From contig NC_043002.1 in assembly GCF_006345805.1 (NCBI RefSeq), positions 23,498,001 to 23,562,000 on the forward strand: a stretch of 64,000 nt of DNA, given 5' to 3'. Below the pieces are notes generated by a model. The model did no database searches and was not told the origin of the DNA. It saw only the letters and a list, made by a program, of their open reading frames with translations. A program made the position numbers and the translations under genes. Numbering within the stretch: the stretch's first letter is position 1; each line of letters opens with the position of its first letter. This DNA is from Octopus sinensis (Eukaryota). Of the stretch, positions 49,845-62,539 are shown piece by piece.

Positions 49845-49926
49845 CTAGCAGAACCTCAGAAGTAGTAAATTATCTAAACGAGTGGTAGACCATTTGGATA
49901 ATTTACTACTTCTGAGGTTCCGCTAG
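49845..49926. repeat. 82-nt hairpin (33-bp arms, 2 mismatches); possible TA-flanked mini-MITE
   Basis: ctagcagaacctcagaagtagtaaattatctaa versus its near reverse complement ending at 49926; TA at 49846-49847 and 49924-49925. Confidence 0.8.
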
Positions 49927-50313
49927 CCTAGATTTTATCAACTCCATTCCCTAATTTTTGAATGTTTATTTGCATATACAACAACCCCAGTTGCTAACCG
50001 CGAACTATAAAATTAGCTTTTTTCAGCTTATCGTACTTCAATATGGGAAAAATTCACAACTTTCTGTGACAATAAACCACTATTGTTCCTGGAAGTTGTT
50101 TTTTATATCTCCGGCAGATTGCTTGAAGCTCACTAACTACCTGCACCTTGATCCTTGGATCTTACCTTTATATATCTAGATATTTTTCAACAGCATAGTA
50201 TATGTAATTCGATCAAATCCCTAGCAAGTTGACACGGGATCCTCTAACAACAAGGTATCCTTAGCCCGCAGAGTAGCTTGCAGTCTACCGATTGTTTGGA
50301 TAATATATATATA

Positions 50314-50387
<74 letters not shown>

Positions 50388-50391
<4 letters not shown>

Positions 50392-50700
50392 GGTGTGAGT
50401 CAAAAAGTAATACCATTTTGTTTAGGACAGGTATAAATACGAAAACAGGAACATGTATCATACATCAAAATGAAGCTGGTCCTCTCTCCCTTTCACTCAA
50501 TACCAATGTTCCACCTTCGAATGAAAGCATATATCCCTGCCCCGTAAAATTCTGTTGACTACTCTTTGAGACACTTCTTCACTACCTCCACACTCACCAG
50601 ATTTAGTACCTTCAGACTATCATATCTTCAGTGCCATGAAAGAGGGTTTGAGAGGTAAACATTATTCCAGTGACGAGGAAGTGAAAACTGGAGTGAAGAC
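50388..50700 (+). mobile_element. Mariner deletion derivative
   Basis: TATGAGGG start inserted in (TA)n; DLVPSDYHIFSAMKEGLRGKHYSSDEEVK matches a mariner transposase C-terminus. Confidence 0.65.
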
Positions 50701-51260
50701 TCCACCACGTATATTTACTAACAAGGTCTAGAGGAAGGGGCAGTGTAAGATTTGTGAAAATGGCACAAGAAGCAAGGAAAATTCCACAAGGCAGATGTTC
50801 TAAGAAGGAAGGCTTGACCCAGAGAATTAAAAATAAAACAAGAATAATTGAAGTAAGAGAGATAAGTGGAACTCGTGTACCTAAGTGGAGATGGCATGAA
50901 CCTAGCCAACTCCTGCAAGCAGAGGCCTTCATACTAGCAAGATGAAATAGCAGAGAGCATGCCTGTGGCTCAGAAGCTGGAGTAGATCTGTGAGTGACTA
51001 AATTCAAATCAGTCATGGGCTCCTTACTAGATACAATCTAGAATGTCTGCATGTGCAGTAACAGCAGCATTCCAAATGTGAATCCAATATTCTATTGTGG
51101 GTCTCTCAGTATAGAGTATTGTGTATAGAAATATCGTCTGGCCTTGAAGTGAAGGATCAATTATGTGTATGTAGATAGATAAATAGATTGACAGCCAAAT
51201 AGATAGATAGATTAGATTGACAGACAGATAGGTAGATAGATAAATAGATAGACAGACGGA

Positions 51261-51296
<36 letters not shown>

Positions 51297-51551
51297 TGCA
51301 CATACATGTCTACACACATGGATACATACATATGTATATAGATGTGTGTGTATGTGTAAATGTGTACTTGCTAAAAATAGCAAGACATAAGACAAAGTAC
51401 AATCATTATTATTAGTTTGAAGTTTTGTCAGAATGATGAGGATGCCTCTGATGAGAATCCAATAAGGTTTGAAAATTGATTAAGGTTGTTCATGGTTTTT
51501 CCAGTCTCTGGAGAAATGGCTAAAATTTTTCCTTTTTTTATTATACTGTAT

Positions 51552-53923
51552 CATCATCATCATCATTTAGCGTCCGCTTTCCATGCTAGCATGGGTTGGA
51601 TGGTTCAACTGGGGTCTGTGAAGCCAAGAAGGCTGCATCAGGCCCAGTCTGATCTGGCAGTGTTTCTACGGCTGGATGCCCTTCCTAACGTCAACCACTC
51701 CGTGAGTGTAGTGGGTGCTTTTTACGTGCCACCCGCACAGGTGCCAGACAGAGCTGGCAAACGGCCACGGACGGATGGTGCTTTTTACGTGCCACCGACA
51801 CGAGGCCAGTCGGGGTGGCGCTGGCAACGGCCACGAACGGATGGTGGTGCAGACGAGTCTGGCAGACGGCCACGAACGGATGGTGCTTTTTACGTGCCAC
51901 TGGCACGAGGCCAGTCTGGGCGGCGCTGGCAACAGCCACGAATGGATGGTGCTTTTTATGTGCCACCGGCCTGAGGCCAGTCAGGGCGGCGCTGGCAACG
52001 GCCACATTCGGATGGTTCTCTTACGTGCCACCGGCACTGGTAGCTCAGCTGCAATTTCCATTGATCAATTTCGATTCTGATTCTAACTTGCCTCAACAGG
52101 TCTTCACAAGTAGAGTTTTATGTCCCAAGAAGGGAAGGTATGCATAAGTGGGCTGGCTACATCCCATATAGAAGGCCACGGGTTATGGTCTCACTTGTCC
52201 TGCCGGGTCTTCTCGCGCACAGCATACTTCCAGAGGTCTCGGTCTCTAGCCATTTCCTCAGTGAGACCTAAAGTTCGAAGGTCGTGCTTCACCACCTCGT
52301 CCCAGGTTTTCCTGGGTCTGCCTCTTCCACAGGTTCCCTCAACCGCTAGGGTGTGGCACTTTTTCACACAACTATCTTCATCCATTCTTGCCACATGCCC
52401 ATACCAGCACAAACGTCTCTCTTGCACACCACATCTGATGCTTCTCAGGTCCAGCTTTTCTCTCAAGGTACTTACACTCTGTCGAGTATGAGTACCGACA
52501 TTACACATCCATCGGAGCATACTGGCTTCATTTCTTGCGAGCTTACGCATATCCTCAGCAGTCACGGCCCATGTTTCACTGCCATGTAGCATGGCTGTTT
52601 GTACACACGCGTCATACAGTCTGCCTTTTACTCTGAGCGAGAGGCCTTTTGTCACCAGCAGAGGTAAGAGCTCTCTGAACTTTGCCCTAGCTATTCTTAC
52701 TCTAGCAGTTACACTTTCAGCACACCCGCCCCCGCTGCTGACTTGATCACCTAGGTAACGGAAGCTATCAACTATTTCTAGTTTTTCTCCCTGGAAAGTG
52801 ACAGAAGTTGGTCTCAGAGCATTTTCAGTGTTTATTGTTCCTGAGCATCTGCCACATACAAAAACCATCTTCCTAGTTAGCCTTCCTTTGATATTGCTGC
52901 ACCTCTTATGTGTCTATAGCTTACACTGGGTACATCTTATAGAGTTTCTACCTACACCTTTTCTACAGATCGAGCAGGGCCATCTACCTGAAGGCGTTTG
53001 TGATTTGTCTACCTTCCTACTTATTAGGACTTTGGTTTTAGCTAGATTGACTCTAAGGCCCTTCGATTCTAAACCTTGCTTCCACACCTGAAACTTCTCC
53101 TCCAGTTCTGATAGTGACTCATCAATTAGAGCAAGGTCATCAGCATAGAGGAGCTCCCAAGGGCATCCTGTCTTGAATTCCTCCGTTATTGCCTGGAGGA
53201 CTATGATAAATAGGAGGGGGCTGAGGACTGAGCCTTGGTGGACCCCTACCTCTACCCGGAATCCTTCACTGTACTCGTTGCCAACCCTCACCTTACTAGC
53301 AGCATCCCTGTACATGGCTCGCACAGCTCTCACTAACCATTCATCTATCTCTAGTTTCCTCATTGACCACCAGATGAGGGATCGGGGGATCCTGTCGAAG
53401 GCTTTCTCCATGTCAACAAAAGCCAGGTACAGGGGCTTATCTTTGGCTAGTTATTTCTCCTGCAGCTGCCTTACCAGGAATATAGCATCAGTGGTACTTT
53501 TCCCTGGCACAAACCCAAACTGCATCTCATCTAAACTAACTCTCTCTCTAATTAGTTGGGCTATGACCCTCTCCGTAACCTTCATCACCTGATCCAACAG
53601 CTTGATACCTCTGTAATTATTTGTATCTAGGGCGTCACCTTTACCTTTGTAGCAGTTGACTATTATACTGCTACACCAGTCATTGGCTATGACTCCTTCA
53701 TGTATCACCTGATTAACTATACGGGTGACTAGGCTATAGCCGACACTACCAGATATTTTGAGCATCTCTGCAGTGATACCTGATGGGCCTGGGGCTTTCC
53801 CTGTCTTCATGCTTCTAATTGCCTTAACTACCAAGGAACTATCAACTCTGATAGCTGGTCCCTCTGTTGGGTCAACATTCGGCAGACTCTCTTTATCCCA
53901 TTCATTTTCTTTATTCAGCAACC
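51552..53923 (-). mobile_element. 5'-truncated RTE-clade LINE, nearly intact ORF2 3' half (two nonsense codons, no frameshift), 3'UTR with tandem repeats, (TGA)n tail
   Basis: ORFs 53451-53921, 52914-53411 and 52191-52868 share one frame; NYRGIKLL, QFGFVPGKSTTDAIF, HQGSVLSPLLF, LYADD, FRYLG; 8-bp TSD TACTGTAT at 51544-51551 and 53924-53931. Confidence 0.95.
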
Positions 53924-53935
53924 TACTGTATGTTA

Positions 53936-53977
<42 letters not shown>

Positions 53978-54027
53978 AATGTCTACTTACATATAAGAGA
54001 ATATATATATATATACACATATGCATA

Positions 54028-55284
54028 TTGGGTCATCCCATAAATAATGCAGTTTTTTCAATTGCATGAAAAGTTGGGGGGGGGGACAGGATAAACTTGT
54101 ATCAACGTGCTATAAAAGCAGGTAGTAATTTTATCTTATTCTTAATGCAAGTTTTAAAGAGTGCAGTTTGATTTTAACAGTTATTTTTTCAAAGCTATAA
54201 TGGAAATGACAAAAGAGCACATTCGGCATATTTTACTTTATGAGTCCAATAGAGGCAACAATGCAATGGAGAGTGTAAGGAATATTAATGCAGTATATGG
54301 GGATCAGACAATAAGCATAAGCCAGTGTCAATGTTGGTTCTAGAAATTCCAAGCTGGAAACTATAGCCTAGAAGACAAGCCTAATCCTGGAAGATCTGCA
54401 GAGCTCGACAAGGACATCCTGCGAACCCTGGTGGAACAAAATCCCATCATAACTGTTGAGGAACTAGCAAAGAAGCTTGAATTTGGTCATTCAACCATTC
54501 ATCAACACTTATGTGCCATCAGAAAAGTCAGAAAATTGGATCAATGGGTTCCTCACAAACTTTCTGAGTTTAATCACAGGCAGAGTGAATGTGTACTCTT
54601 CTTTGCTGTCACATCTCATGAATGAACCTTTTTGAGACTGAATAGTGACTGGTGATAAGAAATGGGTTCTCTATAAAAATGTCAAGCACCAAAGGCACCT
54701 GGTAGGGAAAGAAGAAATACAAGCACCCCAGGCTAAAGAAGGTCTTCACCCACCTAAGGTGTTGTTATCTGTTTGGTGGAATATGAAAGGTTTAGTCCAC
54801 TTTAAACCCAAACCAAAATGATAACAAAGGAAATCTACTGTGAGCAGCTTAGGTCAGCACTAGAAGAAAAACCACCATCTTTGGTTTCAAGATGAAAGGT
54901 GTTCTTCCATCAGGATAATGCTCAGACACATACAGTGAGGATGACATTCAAAAGGCTGGTGCAGTTTGAATGGGAAACGATATGCCACCCACCATATTCG
55001 CTGAACGTTGCCCCATCTGATTATCATTTATTCCACAGTCTTCAAAATCATTTGGATGGAAAAATATGAATTCTGTGGATGAGGTCAGAACAGTACTGGA
55101 GGAGTATTTTTCATCATGGACAAGTGAATTTTGGAAGAGGAGCCTTGCAAGTGTACCAGAAAGATGGAAGAGTATTGTAGAAAATGAACGCGAGTATATT
55201 TTAAATTAAAAAAGAACTTTCTTTATCTTGATTTTTAAAAATTAAAGAAGTATACAAAACTGCATTACTTATGGGCTGACCTAA
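54028..55284 (+). mobile_element. Full-length decayed mariner transposon (1257 bp)
   Basis: TA TSD at 54026-54027 and 55285-55286; 29-bp TIRs with 3 mismatches; WVPHKL, TGDKKW, HQDNA, HPPYSLNVAPSDYHLF motifs broken by stops and frameshifts. Confidence 0.93.
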
Positions 55285-55482
55285 TATATAGAAATAAATA
55301 TACATACATACATTAACCAAGAATACGTGTGTTTGAAAAGGTTAATTGAAAGCACTAATACACACTACGAAAATACTTGTTCCAAAAAGGTTAACAACAG
55401 CCTGATAAAAGATTTATAATTTTTTTAAAAGAATCCCATTTACACTTAAAAAACTGCATTAAATAATTTTCACAAAGACTTT

Positions 55483-55550
<68 letters not shown>

Positions 55551-56433
55551 CAAGTGAGTAGACAAACAAAAGGAAGGGTACTCAGCACTTACTGGGACCC
55601 TGTTAGGAGCTTAGAAACTTTAAGTAGCAGGCAATCTGAATCAAATTGTTTTTAATAATACACACACACACACACACACACGCATACATATATTATTTTT
55701 ATTTCATTATTTCGTTGTTATGTTTAAACAAAACTGAGCTTATGAAATAGGTAAACAGATTAACATATTACAATAACAAAAAAGATTTTCATACAACAGC
55801 AACTGTTGGTCCTAAACACTGTTGCTTTAGTCATCTGTAAATGTTGACATAACACTTAGGTAATGTTAGTTGTTTTTGATTGTTTCACATATTTCATCAT
55901 AGATTGCATAGTTCACAATGAAAACTTATAACTGCCCTGTCATATCTTATTCCTAGTAACTGCTTTCCAAAACAAGTCAGAGGAGCAAGTCTCACTTGCA
56001 CATTCATGTTTTAGCAAAGTTTCCATAACTGGATGCCCCCCTTAACACCAATCACTTCATAAAGTGTAATGAGTGCATTTTATTGTGACACCAGTGGAAG
56101 TAGTTGTCATATCTTTGATAAGACCAAAAAACTTCTCCACCCTATGTTGCTTTTATCACAGTACCAGCATTTGAGGGTTTCCCTTGTGCCAACTAAAACT
56201 AAAGAGTCTTCTCTATTGATTGTCTCTATTGGTTCAAGACAAATATGAAGTGGTGACTAAAAGAGACAGTAAGAATCAAGAGTGAAAGAATAGAGATATG
56301 ACTATGAGAGTGGTAAGAGAGAGGGGATGTGTGATAGGAGCAAGAGGCTGATAAGCAAAGGAGTAGTGGAAGAGAAATAGTTTCAAAAATACAAATCAGA
56401 AAACTGAATCACTACGCCATATGCCTGAGGGCA

Positions 56434-56956
56434 CAGGCATATGGCATAGTGGTTAAGAGCATGGGCTACTAACCCCAAGATTCCGAGTTCGATTCCAAGC
56501 AGTGACCTGAACAATAATAATTATAATAATAATAATAACATCGAAAAATACCTTAGGAATGAGAACCTAGGTTCAAAATTTCCCCAAGACACCTGAAGAA
56601 GGCTGGAGGGTATATCAGCTGAAACGTTGTGTTAACAACAAACAAAATGAGGACAAATATCCATCGAATGTAAATAAAGTAAATCATCATCATCATCTGG
56701 GTTGGATGGTTCAACTGGGGTCTGGGAAGCCCGAAGGCTGCACCAGGCCAGTCAGATCTGGCAGTGTTTCTACAGCTGGATGCCCTTCCTAACACCAACC
56801 ACTCCGTGAGTGTAGTGGGTGCTTTTTATGTGCCACTGACACAGATGCCAGATGTGACTGGTGAACGGCCATGCTCGGATGGTGTTTTTTATGTGCCACC
56901 GACACAGGTGCCAGATAATAATGTACATAATTCCTCATCTCTTAAATATAGAACTG
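56434..56956 (+). mobile_element. tRNA-headed, hammerhead-containing SINE-like element interrupted by an RTE 3' fragment (about 56682-56916)
   Basis: A box TGGCATAGTGG, B box GTTCGATTCC; colinear with 3098-3360; nested insert flanked by aataaagta (56673-56681) and aataatgta (56917-56925). Confidence 0.85.
56588..56633 (+). ncRNA. Minimal type I hammerhead ribozyme motif (Penelope-type)
   Basis: Stem I GACAC/GTGTT, core CTGAAGA, extra A, stem II GGCTG/CAGCT, GAAA, minimal stem III AC-GT, cleavage triplet GTT (cut after 56628). Confidence 0.7.
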
Positions 56957-57384
56957 CAACAAGCTGTAGTTTTTAGATTGGTGTGGCCTTACAGAGCTGG
57001 CGAGCTCCACCTACCCTAGAGTTTCTAATGGGTTGTCAAAGAGAGTGCCAGATGGCCTAAGGATTCCTCTTCTTGATTTGCTGTCAAGGTTGACTCCCCT
57101 AGCCTTTTCTTTTTCAAAGGCACTTACAAAGCAGTGAGGCTTTGTGCTGGGAATTTCTACCATAACATGCTAATTAACCTACAGCTGGGACCTTGTCAAG
57201 TGCTACTACTCCAGGTCAGAGTAAACCTGGGAACAATAGTGACTAAGAGTTGTTTCCACACTACTCAAAATCCTGAAACTCCCAAACAAGGGCCCCAGTA
57301 CCAGATACAGTGTAAAGTCATGCCCAGAATGTTTTCTTCTATATTAGATATATATCGTGTGTGAGTGTGTGTGTGTGCGTGCGC

Positions 57385-57415
<31 letters not shown>

Positions 57416-57869
57416 TGCGTGCGCATGTGTGTGTGTGTGTGCGTGTTTCTGTGTCTGTGTGTGTGTGCATGCATGGTACTTTTCTGGGTTACACTGGCCC
57501 TGTAAGGAGAGAGAGTTAGAGTGATAAAGGGTAATAGTGAAAGGGAAGAAGGGTAATAAAAGTAATAATGGAGGTAATTTAATACAAATAGATCAAATGC
57601 CATTCCTCTTACAAAACCACAATGAAGATAGACAACAGGGTAATGAGGAGGATAGTAGAGACTTAATAAGGAATATAATGAGTGAGAGATTTAATAAGGA
57701 ATATAATGAGTGAGATGCTTAATATAGATATAATATACATTCCAACCTATATTAGTACCACTGATATAGTTAATATTTTACCATGGTTTCTATGGTAAGA
57801 AGGACTCTTCCAGCACTGCATATCATCACTTATTATTGTTCTTTATCATCTCTTTTGTGAGGTTCAACA

Positions 57870-58230
57870 TCTTGAGTTCAGTCTTCACCACTTCATTCCA
57901 TATTTTTCATATTTTCCTTAGCCTTTGTCTTCTACAGCTTCCATCAACTACAAGCATTTGGCATTTCAAGCACTTCTTTATATGACCAGCATCTTCCATA
58001 TGCATCAGATGTCCATACAATAGAAGACTACCTCTTGCACACTATGCCTGATGTTTGTTATATCCAGCTTTCATCCCAGTTCATCTATGCGCCATCATAC
58101 ATGCACACAAACATGACACATCTAGCATACTTGCTTTGTATCTTTTTTAACCATTGCAAATCTTCCACATTCAAGGCCCACATCTTGCTATTAAGCAGCA
58201 TTGCATTTTGTACACAAGTATCATACAATC
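57870..58230 (-). mobile_element. Old RTE LINE fragment
   Basis: YDTCVQNAMLLNSKMW parallels YDACVQTAMLHGSETW of the 52 kb RTE. Confidence 0.6.
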
Positions 58231-58763
58231 TACCTTTTCCTCTCTAAGAAAAAAAGAAAAAAAAACTTCATTACAAACAAAGACAACTCTCAGTATTTTC
58301 TCTTATGCTGCTATGGTTTTAAATCACCCACCTCCACTGCTAATTAGGTCACACCTCAGTAACAAAAGCCATCAATTACTTCAAATGGATCTTCTGAACA
58401 TTGGAAGGAATGTATATCATGTGTACTCTTACAGCTAACTATTCGTGTGCATCTACCCCATACAAAGTCTACCTTCTCTATCAGCCTGCCTACAGTCTCA
58501 CTACACCACTTATATACACACATAGTTATTAATGGGTAGACTATATGGAATTTACATATATATGCATAAGACTGGGGGGGGGGTACATATAAATATGTGT
58601 GTGTTTGCATATATATTTGTGTGTATGTGTATATACGTATGTATATGTATACACACACTCATATATATATATATATATGTGTGTGTATGTGTGCATATAT
58701 ACCTAAATATATATATGTGTGTGTGTATATATATATATATATTGTATATATATATAAACATAC

Positions 58764-60023
58764 CAAAGGTAGGCACCACTAATTGAAAAGTTAACTTCGT
58801 TAACCATTAATCCATTAACCAAAAAGTTAACTTCAATAACCATTAATCAGTTAATTCTTTAAAAATGTAACAGAAGTTATCAATAAACCATTAATGTTAA
58901 TTTCCAATATAGAAAAAACAAAAAATGAGCTTTTCTTCTAAAACTACCTAAAAACACCTTTAAAAAGTGTCAAAACTATAAAATCAGCCTTTTTTGGTCC
59001 ATTTAAGGGCTTTAGAATCAAAAAAGTTTTTAAAATGCTGGTTTTATAGTTTTAACTTTTAAAAGACCTAAAAAGGGCTGATTTCAGAGTTTTGGCCCTG
59101 TTTTTGGTTTTTAAGGGCTTTTAGACCCAGAAAAGGGTTAAAATAAACTTAAATGAAACACAATATTTGTATTAAACTAAAAAAGTTTGTTGATAAAGGG
59201 GCTGCAAATCTTTTTTTTAATAAATAAATAAATAAACAACAGGATATATACATAATTTTTCCTTTTCTTCTCCATTTTATTCAGAAGATGCCTGTTGCTC
59301 TTCATGAAAATGAGCATGTCAAAGTTTTCATCAGACAAGGATGATCTCTTGGCCTTCAATATGTCTTTGCCCATAGAGAACAAATGCTCCACTACAACAC
59401 TGGAGGGGAAGGCTGTGTTGAACTTGATGAACAAATCCACTAACACTTGCTCACCCAAGAAGGCAGCATCTGTCAGCAAGTCCTTGGAGTTGGTCTCCAA
59501 ACAAGTCTTGACCAAATTGTGGGCCTTCTCTGTGACTCCTGTTGCTCCCTTTTGGTTGGGTGACACCACTGAAAAAGTCATCCCCCTCTTCTTTGTTGTT
59601 GCTGCTCACTTCATCAGACTGCCACCTCATGGCCTCCATCATTACTCTTCATGCTTTTCCTCACCTTAGTGATCTTGGTGTTGTTATACTTATCCAACCA
59701 GATTAGTCAAAATCTGGGGTGCAAGTCAACAGCCAGCTGGCATTCCTCATCCTCCAGAAGGGTCCTAAACCCTTTGTTGATGCCTGCCAAAAGTACATTG
59801 ACCAAGGGGCTGCAATAGATGAGGCCCTAAGACTTCAAGTCCTTCAGACTAAAGATCGTTGCAACAACTTGAAAGTTAACTCAAGTCCACAGAAGTTAAA
59901 TGTAAGGGATGTTAATTAGTCTGATAACGATTTCCAAAGTTAACATAAAAGTTAAATCATTAACAAAAATGTTAACTTCATTAATTAATGATTAAGAGAT
60001 CAATGATTTGGTGCCCAGGTTTG
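58764..60023 (-). mobile_element. Internally deleted hAT transposon relic
   Basis: hAT dimerisation motif LFIKFNTAFPSSVVVEHLFS..KRSSLSDENFDMLIFMKSN; imperfect 14-bp TIRs caaaggtaggcacc / ggtgcccaggtttg; GTTAAC-rich subterminal repeats; no TSD left. Confidence 0.8.
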
Positions 60024-60024
60024 A

Positions 60025-60055
<31 letters not shown>

Positions 60056-60110
60056 CTGTAAATGTAATATGTGACAATTATTCGGTAGCCATGATAATAT
60101 ATATATATAT

Positions 60111-60493
60111 ATCATCACCATCATCATTGTGTAACGTCCGTTTTCTGTGCTAGCACAGATTGGATGGTTCGACCGGGGACTGGGAAGCCAGGAGGCTGCA
60201 CCAGGCTCCAGTCTGATCTGGCAGTGTTTCTAAAGCTTGATGCCCTTCCTAACACCAATCACTCCGTGAGTGTAGTGGGTGCTTTTTACGTGCCACTGGC
60301 ACAGGTGCCAGGTGCTGGTGGCACATAAAGAGCACCCACTACACTCTCAGAGTGGTTGGCGTTAGGAAGGGCATCGAGCTGCAGAAACTCTGCCAGATCA
60401 AGATTGGAGCCTGGTGCAGCCATCTGGTTCGCCAGCCCTCAGTCAAAATCATCCAACCCATGCTAGCATGGAAAGCGGACATTAAATGATGAT
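60111..60493. mobile_element. Inverted pair of RTE 3'UTR fragments with both (TGA)n tails pointing outward
   Basis: 60111 to about 60302 and about 60312-60493 are reverse complements; both match 51552-51740. Confidence 0.88.
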
Positions 60494-61357
60494 GTATGTA
60501 TATATGTATATGTTTATGTGTCTGTGTTTGTCCCTCCAGCATCACTTGACAACTGTTGCTGGTGTATTTACGTCCCCATAATTTAGCGATTTGGTAAAAG
60601 AGACTGATAGAATATGTACTAGGCTTACAAAGAATAACTCCTGGGGTGATTTACTCGACTAAAGGTGGTGCTCCAGCATGGCTGCAGTCAAATGACTGAA
60701 ACGAATAAAAGAATATGTGTATATATATATATATATATATATCATCATCATCATCATCAGCATCATCATCATCATCATCAACAACAACAACAACATCTTT
60801 ATATCCACTTTTTCCATGCTGGCATGGCTTGGATGAGGTATATTGAGGCAATACTCTACAGTAGATACCATTCTTGTTGCCAATTTTTAGGTATTTCTAC
60901 TCCAATAGGGTTTTCATAGGAAACTCATTATGCCATTGAACTTTGGATACTATAGTTTTGGGGAGACAAGAAGACAAACACCTCGTTCTCTCATCACTAA
61001 AATAGTGTGAATGTGAAAAAAGGCAGAGACAAGCATTCCTCTATACTCCTCGGTGTGTGTGTGTGTTTTAAATACTGAATATGTCATTTTTCATATACAT
61101 AAGATAGCAGTTTTGGTTTTCTCTTTGTTTTCTTCGCAAACGCACATGTTCATCTATAATGTTTCTCTCAAAGACAGTTAAACCGTCTTCTTTGTTTGAT
61201 AAATGTGGAATAAATTGATATCTATCTGTGCATGAGCATGAGCATGCATATCGATACACGTGTCCGTGCATGTATAGGAGGGCATGTGTGCAGAAGCATA
61301 GGTGCCTGTGTTTGTATGCACATGTGTGTGTGAGTGTGAGTCTGTGCTCAGTATGTC

Positions 61358-61401
<44 letters not shown>

Positions 61402-62539
61402 TGTGTATTGTACATTCATATATGTGTGAGTTCCTGTGTGTTTGTGCCAACATGTGGACTTCTGTATGCATGTTTCCATGTGTGTATGTGTATATGTGTA
61501 TATGTGTGTGTCCGTGTGGGCATGTGGGCATGTCTCTGTCCTTGTTTGTCTTTGCATGTGTGTGTGTGTGTACGTGTGTGTCCATAGGTCTTTGTAAGGC
61601 CTCTACCTAATGAGAGTATTTACTATTTGAAACCTGTCATGTTTCATTTATCAAGACTAACTCTCGTATCTGTCATAGCGATGTGTCATCCAAGTGTCTA
61701 GACAGGATTTCTATGTTAATCTGGTTCAACATACCACCATGTTCTTTCACCTTACACAGACGATAAGACAGAAGCCAAGACCACTTTGGCTAGAAGCAGA
61801 CTCATGAAAACAATAACACAGTATAAAAGGACTACCCAAAAACAGTATAAGGTGGAGACCTGTAATAGTTGTTGTTAAGGTGTTGGTTGCCAGTGTGCAA
61901 AATGGAAGAAGAACAGTGGTTGAAGTTGTAAAGAGATATTTATTTACCATTACTTTGTATATATCCAAAACCATGATGGGTTGGTATGTATAACTAGTAA
62001 ATGGAAAAACATGCGAGGTAAAATGAGTTAATTTCAGCCAGTATGTGTGTACACAATCTCATAATATTATATAGAGAGAAATATGGTAATGTTACAGAGA
62101 AAAGAAAGTGAGTTAGTGAAAGTAAGAATGATGGGACCAAACAAGTGCTTTGTTGGTGGGTTACCATAGTTGTCCCTTTGTGCTTTTTCTCCTACAGATG
62201 GCATTTTGTTCAACCAGTCAGCCAGATTTGCAACAAACTGACTTTGACTTACAGAGTTCTTATTTTTATAACTGTCCAAAATCAGCCAGAAGGATAGACA
62301 TATTGTTGAGAACAATAGATTTCGTTGGTGGTCTGTTATCTCGCTTTTAGCTTTTGGTGGCCAAGAAGAGGTTAGAAGGGTGAAATGGCAAAGCCATTAT
62401 TCTGCTTAGGAATGGCATCTGGCAAATGTTCACAGAAAAACTATTGTTTTGCTGTGAGAAAAGTGCTGTTGAACTGTTAAGTGAAATTTGGCAATTGAAG
62501 ATCGAATCCATGCCATGCTTGAATGAACCACTACAGACC

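Noticed and set aside
51714-52040. Repeat array resembling CRISPR
   Set aside because: No unique spacers, no cas genes, eukaryotic context; it is the RTE 3'UTR. The same applies to the 26.4 kb minisatellite.
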